DNA of 64,000 bases from Terriglobia bacterium (GTDB taxonomy: Bacteria; Acidobacteriota; Terriglobia; 20CM-2-55-15): assembly GCA_965198225.1 (NCBI GenBank), contig CBDAOY010000008.1, forward strand, positions 64,001 to 128,000, read 5' to 3'. A program made the translations under genes and the position numbers. Positions 20,653-31,500 of this stretch are shown here, in pieces. The stretch's first letter is position 1, and each line of letters opens with the position of its first letter. The notes under the pieces were generated by a model. The model did no database searches, was not told the DNA's origin, and saw only the letters and a list, made by a program, of their open reading frames with translations.

Positions 20653-20749
20653 AACTGGGAGTATAGATTTCGGCTCAAACGCTAGAGGCAACAAAGGTTA
20701 ACCGTGATCGCTATGACGGATTTGGTACCTTTGTTTAAATGCACCCTAG

Positions 20750-21561
20750 GGCGTGTTAACACTAACGTAGTGCCTCGACGATGAGCGCGAAGTGAAGGAA
20801 GGCGAGGAACATGACGTCGAGTTTATCGAAACGGGAGAAGATACGCCGGAAACCCTTGAGTCGGCGGAAGAGCCTCTCGACTTCGTTCCTGCGGCGGTAG
20901 AGCACGCGGTCGTATTCCCACGGCTCCAGGCGGTTGCGCTTGGGCGGCACGACGGGAATCCACCCAAAATCCAGAGCCAATTGGCGGGTCTGGTCGTCCT
21001 GGTAGGCACGGTCCATCAGCAGCGGCAGCGGCGCGGGCAATGGCCCCAGGCCGGCGAGCAGATCGCGGCCCTGCGGGGCGTCGTGCGCTTGGCCGGGCGA
21101 GAGCGCAAACGTTATCGCCGTTCGAGCATTCGCGGCAACCAGATGAATCTTGGTGGTCCATCCGCCGCGGGATTTGCCGATCGCTTGCGGACCGTTTTTT
21201 TTAACGCTCCCGTGCCGTCGGGATGCACCTTCACAATGGTTGAGTCCATCGAAACGGCTTCGACCCGGATGCGGACCAGTTGCTCGCGCTGGAGTTTCTC
21301 GAAGACGGCGTCGAGCACGCCGTTCTTGGACCAGCGGTTCATCCGGGTGTAGATGGTGTGCCAGTTGCCAAAGCGCTTGGGCAGACCGCGCCACTTGCAG
21401 CCCTGCTCAGCCACATACAAAATGGCGTTCAAGACCGTCAGGTTCGAAAGACTGACGTTGCCCCGCTGACGCGGCAGTTCCGGCTCGATGCGACAATACT
21501 GCTCCTGTGTGATCTCCATGCGTGATTATAAAACATTCATGCTCATTAGTGTTAACACGCC
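20750..21561 (-). mobile_element. Complete IS5-family element (IS427-like), 812 bp, two ORFs joined by a probable -1 frameshift
   Basis: 16 bp IRs GGCGTGTTAACACTAA flanked by CTAG on both sides; orfA 21519-21112 (GCKWRGLP..FGNWHTIY.R, SMDSTIVKVH); A8 run at ~21195-21202; orfB GKSRGGWTTKIH, DRAY, YRRRNEVERLF ending at 20762. Confidence 0.93.
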
Positions 21562-21576
21562 CTAGTCTCTCGGAAC

Positions 21577-21674
21577 CTTAACCACGGAGGCACAGAGGCA
21601 CGAAGGTAGGGCAGTCAGGCCTTTGTTTTTCCTGAAAAAATCCTATCTCTGCGCCTCCGAGCCTCCGTGGTTAA
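21577..21674. repeat. Inverted repeat built from CACGGAG/CACAGAG units
   Basis: CTTAACCACGGAGGCACAGAGGC ... GCCTCCGAGCCTCCGTGGTTAAG. Confidence 0.7.
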
Positions 21675-21715
21675 GACCTTCTTATTACCCTGGTCTGACT
21701 AAGCGGAAGAGTCGG

Positions 21716-22879
21716 TCAGGCGAGTTCGGCGCCTTTTGTGGGTTTCACGCTCTCCTCTTCCGCGGCCTTCCGGTAGATTTCCAACACCCTTTCGGCGGAA
21801 GATTTCCAGGAGAATTTTCGGACCTGCACCAGCCCCTTTTCAATCGCTTCCTGGCGTGCGACCTGATCGACGAGCAACAGTTTCATCGCGCGGGCGATCT
21901 CGAAGACATTCTCGGGGTTGACGAGAATGGCGGCATCGCCGAGGACCTCTGGGAGTGAAGAGGTGTTGGAGGCCACGACCGGTGTCCGGTTCGCCATCGC
22001 CTCCAGCGGTGACAGCCCGAAACCTTCGTAGAGGGAGGGTGAGGCATACATCACCGCGGCTTCGTAGAAGACCTGCAGGATCGGGTATGGTACGAACCCG
22101 AAGAACCGCACATCCTGCTGGACACCGCTGCGGACCACCATGAGCCTCAAGTATTGATGCTTGCTCAGCTCGTCGCCGATGATGATCAGTTTGAGTTTCT
22201 TGTACTTCTTGTTGTCGCCCAGCTGGTTCTTCAGGACCGCGAAGGCCTCGATCAACCGGTGAATGTTCTTATGGGGTTTGATCTGTCCGGAATAGAGAAT
22301 GAAGGGGTTCTTGAGCTGGTACCTCTCCAGGACCTGCTTCTGTTCCTGAGGGTCATGGCTGAGGGTGACACGCTCGTCCAGGGCGTTGTGAACCACCGAT
22401 ATCTTGCCCGGGTCCAGATCGAAGATGTTGACCAGGTCGTCACGGGTCGAACCCGAGACCGCCAGCACGGTATTCGCAGACTTCACGACTCTTTTCGTGT
22501 AAAGGTACCGACGGTAGTTGTCGAACTTCGAGGAGCCCTCCTGTGGGAACAGGAGGTGGACGCAGTCGTGGATAGTCACGACGAGCCGGCAGGGGACCAG
22601 AATCGGGGCCTCGTGGTGCGGCACGTGTAGTACGTCGATTGCCTTACGGCGAAGCCAGAGGGGCGTCTTCAGGTGAAAATCCCAGGCGCTGCCCTCCTCA
22701 GGCACATCGGCGGGTTCGAAGTTCGAGCCGAGCGGCCCGAGTTCCATGAAGTGACGGCGCGAACCGAGGAGGAAGTAATCGTTTTCGCGATCTATCTCGG
22801 ACAGGTTTCGGACGAGGTTCCAGATATGGGTGCCCAACCCGAATTTATGAACCTTTCGGATGTCGATGGCGATTCGCAT
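21716..22879 (-). CDS. Glycosyltransferase family 4 (GT-B)
   Basis: [45 protein letters not shown]. Confidence 0.95.
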   Translation of the reverse strand: MRIAIDIRKVHKFGLGTHIWNLVRNLSEIDRENDYFLLGSRRHFMELGPLGSNFEPADVPEEGSAWDFHLKTPLWLRRKAIDVLHVPHHEAPILVPCRLVVTIHDCVHLLFPQEGSSKFDNYRRYLYTKRVVKSANTVLAVSGSTRDDLVNIFDLDPGKISVVHNALDERVTLSHDPQEQKQVLERYQLKNPFILYSGQIKPHKNIHRLIEAFAVLKNQLGDNKKYKKLKLIIIGDELSKHQYLRLMVVRSGVQQDVRFFGFVPYPILQVFYEAAVMYASPSLYEGFGLSPLEAMANRTPVVASNTSSLPEVLGDAAILVNPENVFEIARAMKLLLVDQVARQEAIEKGLVQVRKFSWKSSAERVLEIYRKAAEEESVKPTKGAELA

Positions 22880-22894
22880 GGTTTTCCGACGTCT

Positions 22895-23167
22895 AGCAGC
22901 CCGTGGCAGAAGTCTGATGGTTCGCGCGCACGGGTCTTCGGAGGCGGAGACGAGGCGCGAGGAGGAATTGATGCTGTTTCATCATGACGACGAGCAACAA
23001 AGTATCCGAACCGCAACCCCCGTGCGCGCGGAGGGTTACGGCGGCGTCACACACGGGCGTTGTTGCCGCGCGACATTTCTCCGGACCCGCAGGCCGGTCG
23101 GCCGGCGCCTAGCATCTGGCGCAACGCCGCCGTAACGCGAGCCATCAGACTTCTGCCACGGGCTACT
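22895..23167. mobile_element. 273 bp structured non-coding element with 32 bp terminal inverted repeats (copy 1)
   Basis: AGCAGCCCGTGGCAGAAGTCTGATGGTTCGCG ... CGCGAGCCATCAGACTTCTGCCACGGGCTACT; core shared with 38872-39145. Confidence 0.8.
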
Positions 23168-23312
23168 CGCATGACTGCTTTCGAAGGAATAGCACATCTG
23201 CATCGCCCTTTCAAATGGCACCGGCAGGCTCGATCCGGTTCGTACGTGGGCAACCGGGCGTCCGGATTCCCCTCCGGAGCTCGTTCGGCGACGACGTTCG
23301 GACTCGATCGTT

Positions 23313-23321
23313 TGCTATAAT
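23313..23321 (+). promoter_or_regulatory. Extended -10 promoter TGcTATAAT, probably driving a leaderless nfeD transcript
   Basis: Perfect TGnTATAAT 7 nt upstream of in-frame ATG 23329, with no SD sequence. Confidence 0.65.
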
Positions 23322-23328
23322 CATCATC

Positions 23329-24753
23329 ATGATTCGACGATACGTTGGACATTGTTCGAGCCTGTCGAGACAGACTCCGGGGGCAGGTGCGACCGCTCGG
23401 GCGCTGCCGTTTCGGCGTCGAATCCGATTGCGTCGCTCTGCGACCCGATTGCCCGTGCTCGCGGGCATCTCCGTGGTCGGGTTATTGGCCGGTCTTCACG
23501 CGTCGCTTCCGTCTCGAGCGCAAAGCCGGACTGTCGTCCAGATCGAGTTGGCCGACATCATCCATCCGATCACCGCAGACTACCTTTCCGAGGGACTCGC
23601 GCATGCTGCCGAGATCGAGGCCGATGCCGTAATCGTTCGGTTGGACACGCCCGGAGGGCTCGTCGACTCGATGCGCGGGATGGTCGAAGAAATCCTGGCG
23701 TCGGAAGTTCCGGTGATTGTCTGGGTCGGACCCAGCGGTGTCCGTGCGGCATCGGCAGGTTTCTTCATACTGCTGTCGGCCGATGTGGCCGTCATGGCTC
23801 CGGGGACGAACACCGGCGCGGCTCACCCGGTCTCGTCTCTGGGGGCGGAGATCGACGAAGTGATGGAGCAGAAGATTGTCAACGATGCGTCGGCTTTCCT
23901 GCGAAGCTACGCAGCCGAGCGGGGGCGCAATCCGGAGCTGGCGGAGACCGCCGTGACTGAAAGCGCCGCGTTCACGGCCGAAGAGGCGCTGGAGGCCAGC
24001 TTGATCGACGCCGTTGTCAAAGACATTGCAGAGTTGATTCAGACCTTCGACGGCCGGGAGATTACCCGGTTCGACGGCTCGTCGGTGACGCTCGAGATGG
24101 AGGGCGCGGCCATCGACCTGTTCGAGATGACGTCCCGACAGCGGTTGCTGTCGATGATCATGAACCCCAACATCGCCCTGGTGTTGGGGCTCCTGGGGAT
24201 GCTCGGTCTCTACCTGGAAATCACGAGTCCGGGCATGATTTTCCCGGGCGTGATCGGTGGAATCAGCCTCATCCTTGCTCTCTTCGCCTTCAACCTGCTT
24301 CCGATCAACCTCACCGGCGTCCTGTTGATTCTCCTTGCGATCGGACTGTTTGTCGTCGAGGCCACCGTGCCCAGTCACGGCGTCCTGGCCATGGGTGGCG
24401 TCGTCGCCATGATTGCCGGCGGCTTGATGCTGGTGGAGGGACCGATCCCCGAGCTGCAGATTCAACTTCCGACAGTGTTGTCGGTTGCCCTGCCGCTGGC
24501 ATTGATTACCGTTTTCCTGGTCCGCCTGATTTTTGTCTCTCATCGTAAGAAAGCCGTCACGGGCCGGTCTGGAATAGTTGGATCGGTGGGAACCGCTGCA
24601 ACCGAGATCTTCCGAGAAGGCAAAGTGCTCCTGCAGGGCGAGTACTGGCTGGCGCACTCCAGGAACCCGATTTCTCAGGGTTCCAAGGTTCGCGTTGTAC
24701 AAATCGACGGCCTCAATCTTGAAGTCGAAACCGAAAGCGAGGGACAGCAATGA
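23329..24753 (+). CDS. nfeD: NfeD-family membrane-bound ClpP-class serine protease
   Basis: [28 protein letters not shown] bundle, C-terminal OB fold ([11 protein letters not shown]); start uncertain. Confidence 0.93.
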   Translation: MIRRYVGHCSSLSRQTPGAGATARALPFRRRIRLRRSATRLPVLAGISVVGLLAGLHASLPSRAQSRTVVQIELADIIHPITADYLSEGLAHAAEIEADAVIVRLDTPGGLVDSMRGMVEEILASEVPVIVWVGPSGVRAASAGFFILLSADVAVMAPGTNTGAAHPVSSLGAEIDEVMEQKIVNDASAFLRSYAAERGRNPELAETAVTESAAFTAEEALEASLIDAVVKDIAELIQTFDGREITRFDGSSVTLEMEGAAIDLFEMTSRQRLLSMIMNPNIALVLGLLGMLGLYLEITSPGMIFPGVIGGISLILALFAFNLLPINLTGVLLILLAIGLFVVEATVPSHGVLAMGGVVAMIAGGLMLVEGPIPELQIQLPTVLSVALPLALITVFLVRLIFVSHRKKAVTGRSGIVGSVGTAATEIFREGKVLLQGEYWLAHSRNPISQGSKVRVVQIDGLNLEVETESEGQQ

Positions 24754-25526
24754 CACCACTCAACCTGTGGATGATAGCGCTGGCGATCGTCCTGGTCTGG
24801 CTCTTTAATTCTTTGAACATCCTCCGCGAGTACGAGCGCGGTGTCATCTTTCGGCTCGGACGCCTGCTCGCCGAACCCAAAGGACCCGGCCTCATCTTCG
24901 TCTTCTGGCCGATCGACAAGATAGTGCGGGTGAGCCTGCGATTGATCACGATGGATGTGCCCTCGCAGGATGTGATCACCAAGGACAACGTGACCGTGAA
25001 GGTGAACGCCGTCGTGTATTTCCGGGTGGTGGACTCCTCTAGCGCGGTCGTCAAAGTCGAGAACTTCCTCTACGCAACGTCTCAGCTCGCGCAGACGACT
25101 CTCCGATCAGTCCTTGGCGAGGTGATTCTGGACGAGCTGCTGAGCGAGCGCGAGAAACTGAATCAGCGACTTCAGGAAATTCTGGACCAGCATACCGATC
25201 CGTGGGGGATCAAGGTTTCCCTGGTCGAAATCAAGGGAGTCGACCTGCCAGAGGTCATGCAGCGAGCCATGGCCAAACAGGCCGAAGCCGAGCGCGAGAA
25301 ACGTGCCAAGATCATTCACGCCCAGGGTGAATACGACGCTTCCGGACGGTTGGCGGATGCCGCCCGGAACATCGCCGCCGAGCCGGTCGCCCTCCAACTG
25401 CGTTACCTTCAGACGCTGACCGAGATCGGAATCGAGAAGAACACGACTGTCGTCTTCCCATTGCCCATCGACATCCTGAGCTACTTCAACGACATGGCGG
25501 CAAAGACCAAGGAGGACGGAGGGTAA
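24750..25526 (+). CDS. Stomatin/SPFH (slipin) family protein
   Basis: [49 protein letters not shown]; ATGA overlap with nfeD. Confidence 0.96.
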   Translation: MTPLNLWMIALAIVLVWLFNSLNILREYERGVIFRLGRLLAEPKGPGLIFVFWPIDKIVRVSLRLITMDVPSQDVITKDNVTVKVNAVVYFRVVDSSSAVVKVENFLYATSQLAQTTLRSVLGEVILDELLSEREKLNQRLQEILDQHTDPWGIKVSLVEIKGVDLPEVMQRAMAKQAEAEREKRAKIIHAQGEYDASGRLADAARNIAAEPVALQLRYLQTLTEIGIEKNTTVVFPLPIDILSYFNDMAAKTKEDGG

Positions 25527-25529
25527 GAG

Positions 25530-26057
25530 GTGGACGAGCAGACTTCCTGGAGAGGACACAGCTTCACGCTGCTGATATTCGGTGGTGTCGTCATCCTCTG
25601 CTCGATTTTCTTCATTCTGGGTATGCTCGTCGGTCGTACCCAGGCTGAGGCGGTGGCCGGCGACCCCGTCGCCGAGGCGCTTCCCGAAGAAACGGACCCC
25701 GAAGAACTCGATCTGACCTTCTACGAGTCGGTCGATCAGAGTGAGCCCCCGCCACTGGAGCGGGTCCCTGCTTCCCAACCCGCTCCACCGCCGGTGCGGA
25801 CAGCCCCGCCACTAGCACGGACTGTCGACCGGGACGTGACTCTCCAGATCGCCGCGCTGAGCAACGCGGATCAGGCTGCCAAACTCCAGGAGGAGGTCCG
25901 GGCGATGGGATTTGCCGTGTTCGTGCTCCGGCCGGGCCCCGACGACACTTCCGGCCTCCATCGCGTCCAGGTCGGACCCCTGAGTGAAGCCGAGGTCGCA
26001 GATGTGCAGGCCCGGTTGGAGGCTGCCGGGTATAAGCCGATCGTCCGACGGCGATGA
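25530..26057 (+). CDS. Membrane-anchored SPOR-domain protein
   Basis: TM helix, LTFYE motif, Pro-rich linker, LQIAAL...HRVQVGP SPOR domain. Confidence 0.85.
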   Translation: MDEQTSWRGHSFTLLIFGGVVILCSIFFILGMLVGRTQAEAVAGDPVAEALPEETDPEELDLTFYESVDQSEPPPLERVPASQPAPPPVRTAPPLARTVDRDVTLQIAALSNADQAAKLQEEVRAMGFAVFVLRPGPDDTSGLHRVQVGPLSEAEVADVQARLEAAGYKPIVRRR

Positions 26058-27577
26058 ATGTCGAACGATTCCTGGCGGGCCTGCAGTTTCCGCTGAAGCT
26101 CACCGGGGCCGCAGTTTCGGGTCTGCTCCTCGTCGCCTCCCTGCCCAAGCCGGACCTCTATCCCCTCGGCTGGATCGCCCTGCTGCCGCTGCTGTTGTTG
26201 ATCTCATCGGAGCAGACCGCCTTCGGCGCGTTCGCGATCGGCTACGCCGCGGGTATGGCCTACTATTCGGGCACCTTCTACTGGATCGCGGCGACGATGT
26301 CTACCTACGGCGGCCTGTCGCCGATCCTGTCCTTCGGTGTCTTCGCGCTCTTCGTGGTCGTCTTCTCGCTTCACACAGCCCTGTTCGCCGTCATGCTCCG
26401 ACTCCTCATCGGCAGGCTCGGCCCTTTCGGCCTGCTGCTGGCGGGGCCTGCGTGGGTCGGGGTAGAGTTGCTACAGACCTACCTGATCTTCGGGGGGTTT
26501 CCGTGGATGCTCGTCGGATACGCGCTCGCGCCCTATTTCGGTATTCTCCAGCTTGTGACCTGGACAGGAATCTATGGCCTGTCGTTCCTGCTGGTCTCCG
26601 TCAATGCCGCAGCTGCTTTGGCACTCTGGCGCCGGGATTGGAAAATCGGGGCCGCGGCAGCCGTGCCCGTGCTCTTCGCCCTGCTGGTTCCGGCACCGGA
26701 AAGTTCGACGCCATCGGAAGCTCTTTCCGTCCGACTCGTGCAGACCAACATCGACATCGACCAGTCCTGGCAGTCGGGGGACGCGGCCCGGCTTCTCGAC
26801 GAACTGCACGCAGTTTCGACCGCCAGGGGCCCGGGGCCGGACCTCCTCGTATGGCCGGAAACGCCGGCCCCTTTTTACCTCGGGCGAGATCCAGAGCTGC
26901 GGAAACGCACTGCAGCCATCGCCGGAAAATTGGACGCTCACTTCCTGCTCGGCTACATCGGTCACTCCGCAGAAGGAGTCTCCAACAGCGCCGGCCTGCT
27001 CTCGCCGGTTGGAGAACAGGTTTCGCGCTATGACAAGCTCCACCTGGTCCCGTTCGGCGAGTACGTTCCCTTCAGACGCCTGCTGTTCTTCGCCGAATCG
27101 CTGGTGCGAAACGTCGGAGATTTCTCCCCTGGTACCGAATACACGCTCAGCACCATAGATGGTCACAGGATATCGACGACGATCTGCTATGAAGATGTCT
27201 TTCCGGGTCTGATGCGGCAGTTCACCAAGAAAGGTGCCGAGGTGATCGTCAATATCACCAATGATGGATGGTTCGGGTCGACCTCGGCCCCCTATCAGCA
27301 CCTGCGAATGGCTAGGGTGCGGGCAGTCGAGAATCGTCGCTACCTGGTGAAGGCGACGAACACTGGCATCACGGCGATCATCGATCCATTCGGTCGGATT
27401 CTGTCACGGACGGAGTTGGGCGAAAGGACCACTCTTGAAGGGGAGGTCGGCTACCGTAACGATCTGACATTTTACGTCCGGTACGGCGACGTGTTCGCCT
27501 ATGTCATGGCGATGATGACTGCCGCGGCGCTGGTCGTCAGTGGCCGCAGGCCGTCGCGCCCGGCGGGTACGGACTGA
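26054..27577 (+). CDS. lnt: Apolipoprotein N-acyltransferase
   Basis: GGFPW, VWPETP, YDKLHLVPFGEYVP, ICYEDVF, TNDGWFG, RAVENRR, NTGIT. Confidence 0.96.
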   Translation: MNVERFLAGLQFPLKLTGAAVSGLLLVASLPKPDLYPLGWIALLPLLLLISSEQTAFGAFAIGYAAGMAYYSGTFYWIAATMSTYGGLSPILSFGVFALFVVVFSLHTALFAVMLRLLIGRLGPFGLLLAGPAWVGVELLQTYLIFGGFPWMLVGYALAPYFGILQLVTWTGIYGLSFLLVSVNAAAALALWRRDWKIGAAAAVPVLFALLVPAPESSTPSEALSVRLVQTNIDIDQSWQSGDAARLLDELHAVSTARGPGPDLLVWPETPAPFYLGRDPELRKRTAAIAGKLDAHFLLGYIGHSAEGVSNSAGLLSPVGEQVSRYDKLHLVPFGEYVPFRRLLFFAESLVRNVGDFSPGTEYTLSTIDGHRISTTICYEDVFPGLMRQFTKKGAEVIVNITNDGWFGSTSAPYQHLRMARVRAVENRRYLVKATNTGITAIIDPFGRILSRTELGERTTLEGEVGYRNDLTFYVRYGDVFAYVMAMMTAAALVVSGRRPSRPAGTD

Positions 27578-27589
27578 GGAGATTTGCAG

Positions 27590-28697
27590 ATGAACGACGA
27601 ACTCGTAGAACAATTCGTACTCCTCAAGGACAGGAGCCACGAAGTACGGAGGTTTCTTTGACGTCTCGGGTAAACAGGAGCGGGTAGCGGACCTCGAGAA
27701 GCTGATAACGGCCCCGGACTTCTGGTCGGATCAGGAGCGCTCCAGCGAGGTGTTGCGCCAGAAAGCTCGCCTCGAAGAGAGCATCGAGATCGACCGCCTG
27801 ATCACCAGCCAGGTCTCCGACGCAGAAGCTCTCATCGAGCTGGCTCGGGAGGGGGAGGACATCGGCGAGGACCTGCCGCAGCTGTTGGGCGAGTTGGATG
27901 AGCTCGTCGACCGTGTCCAGTTCCAGATGCTGCTCGGCGGCGAAAACGACCGCCTGAATGCGATCGTCACGATCCACCCGGGCGCCGGGGGCACAGAAGC
28001 CCAGGACTGGGCTGCCATGCTCATGCGCATGTACATGCGTTGGGCGGAGAAGCAGGGCTACAAAACCCAGATACTGGACTATCAGGACGGTGACGAAGCG
28101 GGACTGAAATCGACGACTTTCACGGTCTCGGGCAACTACGCCTACGGCTACCTGTCGGCGGACACCGGGGTCCATCGGCTCGTTCGCATCTCTCCTTTCG
28201 ACGCCAACAAGCGCCGCCACACCTCATTCGCTTCGGTGTCCGTCTATCCGGAGATCGACGACAAGGTGGAGGTCGATATCGACGAGAAGGAGCTGAGGAT
28301 CGACACGTACCGTTCCAGCGGCGCCGGCGGTCAGCACGTCAACGTAACCGACTCGGCCGTTCGGATCACCCACATGCCGACCGGGATCGTCGTCCAATGC
28401 CAGAACGAGCGGTCACAGCACAAGAACCGCGACGTCGCGATGAAGATCCTTCGGGCCCGTCTCTACGAGCTCGAGATGGAGAAGAAGCGTGCCGAAGCCC
28501 AGGCCATCGAAGACACCAAGCTCGATATCGCCTGGGGAAGCCAGATCCGCTCCTACGTGCTTCAACCCTACCGCATGGTCAAGGACCATCGCACGAAAGT
28601 CGAAGTCGGCGATGTGGATCGTGTCCTGGACGGAGACCTGGAAGGCTTCATCAACGCATTCCTGGAGTGGAAGTCCGGTGCGGGGAGCAGGGAATAG
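27590..28697 (+). CDS. prfB: Peptide chain release factor 2, programmed +1 frameshift at CTT-TGA (27656-27661)
   Basis: 23-codon first ORF ending CGGAGG TTT CTT TGA C; +1 frame continues to SPF and GGQ motifs (RISPFD, GAGGQHVN). Confidence 0.97.
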
Positions 28698-28838
28698 TGG
28701 TCAGTGACCAGCACCACCCCATCGGCTCATCCACCCGACTCCCCTCCTTGGATAAGGAGGGGTGGCTGCACCGCAGGTGCGGACGGGGTGGTTGATCAAC
28801 CGACTACTGACTACTGACTACTGCCCCGAAGGGGCCCA
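28698..28838. repeat. CCCCTCC-GGAGGGG palindromic repeat plus GACTACT heptamers (copy 1)
   Basis: CTCCCCTCCTTGGATAAGGAGGGGTGGCTGCACCGCAGGTGCGGACGGGGTGGTT; inverted copy at ~37238-37293. Confidence 0.82.
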
Positions 28839-28840
28839 CC

Positions 28841-30928
28841 ATGCTGCAACTCGATTCGGATGTCCAGTTCGTCAAGGGTGTCGGCCCGAAACGAGCGGCA
28901 TTGCTCGGGTCCAAGGGGATCCACACGGTCACGGATCTGTTGCTTTGCTTCCCGCGGTGCTACCAGGATCGGGCGCACTTTGCGCCTTTGGACTCGCTCC
29001 AGCCTGGCGCAACCTACACCTGCCACGCCAAAGTGTACGGCGTCCACATGATTCCGACGCGTTCCCGTGGACGAATCATGGACGTCGTATTGACGGACGG
29101 CACCAGTTTCGTTCACGCCAAGTGGTTCAACGGGGACCATCTCTACCACAACAAGGTCTTCGTGCCGGGTCGCTCGGTGGTTTTTTTCGGTCGGGCGGAC
29201 ACCGACAATTACGATCACGGGCTCGTCTTCTTCAACCCGGAGTTCGAAGTCGTGCCGGACGCCGAAGATGTCAAGCCCGAGGACATGGGCCGGTACGTGG
29301 CCATCTACGCCGAAGGCGCCGGAATCACTTCCAGGCAGCTGCGCGGGATCATCGCGGCAGCTCTCGACGCGTTGTCCCCCCGTCTCCACGATCCGCTCCC
29401 GGCAGACATCCTCCGCCGCCACGGGTTTCCCGGGCTCCGTGTCGGTCTCGAACGCGTCCATCGTCCGACGCTCGAGGACGACATCGAGCAGCTGAACGCC
29501 CGGCGGTCACCCTACCATCGCCGTTTCATATTCGAGGAATTCCTCCTCGTCGAGCTCACAATAGCTCTGCGGCGTCACCGATTACGGGCAAGCGACGGGG
29601 TCCGTTTTCGAACGAGCGACAGTATTCGCGATCAACTCAAGAAAATCCTCCCGTTTCATCCCACTGCCGCGCAGAAGGGAGCCTTGAAGGAGATCGTTGA
29701 CGACCTGAAGGCTTCCTTTCCGATGAACCGGCTGCTTCAGGGCGATGTCGGGTGCGGCAAGACCATCGTGGCGTTCGAGGCGATCGTCATCGCTGTCGAG
29801 AACGGGTTTCAGGCGGTGATGATGGCGCCGACAGAGATCCTGGCCGAACAGCACCACATCAACGCCCGGCGCATCGTAGGTCCGCTGGGCTACTCCATCG
29901 GCCTCGTGAAGCGCACCCTCCGAAAGAGCGAGAAGAGCGAATTGCTCGAACGAATCCGCTCCGGGGAGATCCAGTTCGTAATCGGTACCCACGCTCTCCT
30001 GGAGGACGCGGCGGCGTTCGCCAGGCTTGGTCTGGTCATCGTCGACGAGCAGCATCGTTTCGGCGTGATGCAGCGGCTGCGCCTGATGGAGAAGGGTCAC
30101 CGCCCCAACACTCTCGTGATGACCGCCACGCCGATACCGAGAACGCTCGCGATGACCTATTACGGAGATTTGGATGCTTCCGTGATCGACGAGATGCCTC
30201 CCGGACGGACGCCGATCGAGACGACCCATGTCACCGAACGTTCCAGACAGAGCGTCTACCGCCTGCTTGGGGAGCAGACCGAGAGTGGGAAGCAGTGTTT
30301 CGTTGTTTACCCTCTGATTGAGGAGTCGGAGAAGCTCGATCTCCGTTCGGCGACCGAAGGTTGCGAGCGCCTGCGCCGGATCTTCCCAGAACGCCGGGTC
30401 GAACTGCTGCATGGCCGGATGAAGGGTGAAGAGAAGGAATCGATCATGGAGGATTTCGCGGCCGGCATGATCGACATGCTGGTGTCCACGACCGTCGTCG
30501 AGGTCGGGGTCGACGTCGCCAACGCCACCTTGATGCTGATAGAGCATGCGGAGAGATTCGGCATTGCCCAGCTCCACCAGCTTCGTGGGCGCGTCGGCAG
30601 GGGAAGCCACGCGTCGAAGTGTCTGTTGATCACCCCGAACAAGATTACCGACATCGCCCGTCAGAGGGTGGGCGCGGTTGCAGCAACCACCGATGGCTTC
30701 CGGCTTGCGGAGACGGACCTGCGAATTCGTGGCCCCGGCGAGCTTGCAGGGACGCGCCAGTCCGGCATTCCGGAGTTTCGTATCGCCGACCTTGTCGAGG
30801 ATGTCGACTTGCTTTCCCAGGCCAGGGACGAAGCGGAGCGGTGGGTAGAGGATGAAGAGAATCGCGACCGTCTGATCGAGGAACTCGGCCGGCGATGCGG
30901 CGCCGCCGGGCTCGCCACTGTCGGCTGA
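28841..30928 (+). CDS. recG: ATP-dependent DNA helicase RecG
   Basis: GVGPKRA, RLLQGDVGCGKT, DEQHRFGV, MTATPIPRTL, QLHQLRGRVGRG, RGPGEL.GTRQSG. Confidence 0.98.
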   Translation: MLQLDSDVQFVKGVGPKRAALLGSKGIHTVTDLLLCFPRCYQDRAHFAPLDSLQPGATYTCHAKVYGVHMIPTRSRGRIMDVVLTDGTSFVHAKWFNGDHLYHNKVFVPGRSVVFFGRADTDNYDHGLVFFNPEFEVVPDAEDVKPEDMGRYVAIYAEGAGITSRQLRGIIAAALDALSPRLHDPLPADILRRHGFPGLRVGLERVHRPTLEDDIEQLNARRSPYHRRFIFEEFLLVELTIALRRHRLRASDGVRFRTSDSIRDQLKKILPFHPTAAQKGALKEIVDDLKASFPMNRLLQGDVGCGKTIVAFEAIVIAVENGFQAVMMAPTEILAEQHHINARRIVGPLGYSIGLVKRTLRKSEKSELLERIRSGEIQFVIGTHALLEDAAAFARLGLVIVDEQHRFGVMQRLRLMEKGHRPNTLVMTATPIPRTLAMTYYGDLDASVIDEMPPGRTPIETTHVTERSRQSVYRLLGEQTESGKQCFVVYPLIEESEKLDLRSATEGCERLRRIFPERRVELLHGRMKGEEKESIMEDFAAGMIDMLVSTTVVEVGVDVANATLMLIEHAERFGIAQLHQLRGRVGRGSHASKCLLITPNKITDIARQRVGAVAATTDGFRLAETDLRIRGPGELAGTRQSGIPEFRIADLVEDVDLLSQARDEAERWVEDEENRDRLIEELGRRCGAAGLATVG

Positions 30929-30939
30929 GAAAGTCGTCC

Positions 30940-31500
30940 ATGCGGATCATCGCAGGTCAGTTCAGAAGTCGACGGTTGAGGGGCACTCCCCTGGAAGGTA
31001 TCCGGCCTACCAGCGACCGGCTTCGGGAAACGCTGTTTAACATTCTGAGCGATCGCGTAATAGAATCGGTATTTCTGGATGCGTACGCCGGAGTAGGCGG
31101 TGTCGGCCTGGAAGCGATAAGTCGCGGCGCATTGATGGTCTACTTCGTAGATCGGTCGACGAAGGCGTGTGGAATGATCCGATCGAACCTCGATACTCTG
31201 GCGGTTGAGGCCGGTTACAGAGTCCTCAATATGGATCTCGACGCCGCGGTTCGAACGTTTCGCGAGACGGACGTGCTATTCGACATTGCGTTCCTGGATC
31301 CACCGTACCATCGCGAGGACCTCTATGTCAGCGACCTCGAGAATTTTGGCTCCGGAACGTTACTCGCTTCCGACGGCCTGCTGATCGTGGAGCATTCCAG
31401 AAAAACGGATCTGCCCGAAGCTGTTGGCCGGATACGGAGAGTTCGGAATCTGAAGCAGGGAGACAGTGCGCTGACTTTCTACGCATCGGAGGGAGAGTGA
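30940..31500 (+). CDS. rsmD: 16S rRNA m2G966 methyltransferase
   Basis: MRIIAG, RPTSDRLRETLFNIL, EAISRGA, FLDPPY. Confidence 0.95.
   Translation: MRIIAGQFRSRRLRGTPLEGIRPTSDRLRETLFNILSDRVIESVFLDAYAGVGGVGLEAISRGALMVYFVDRSTKACGMIRSNLDTLAVEAGYRVLNMDLDAAVRTFRETDVLFDIAFLDPPYHREDLYVSDLENFGSGTLLASDGLLIVEHSRKTDLPEAVGRIRRVRNLKQGDSALTFYASEGE

Larger units (their letters stand above)
19551..20746. mobile_element. Non-autonomous Tn3-family mini-transposon with 36 bp terminal inverted repeats
   Basis: GGGTGCAATTAAACAAAGGTACCAAATCCGTCATAG (19551-19586) and its reverse complement with 1 mismatch (20711-20746); contains a broken resolvase and only the two tips of a Tn3 transposase. Confidence 0.85.
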
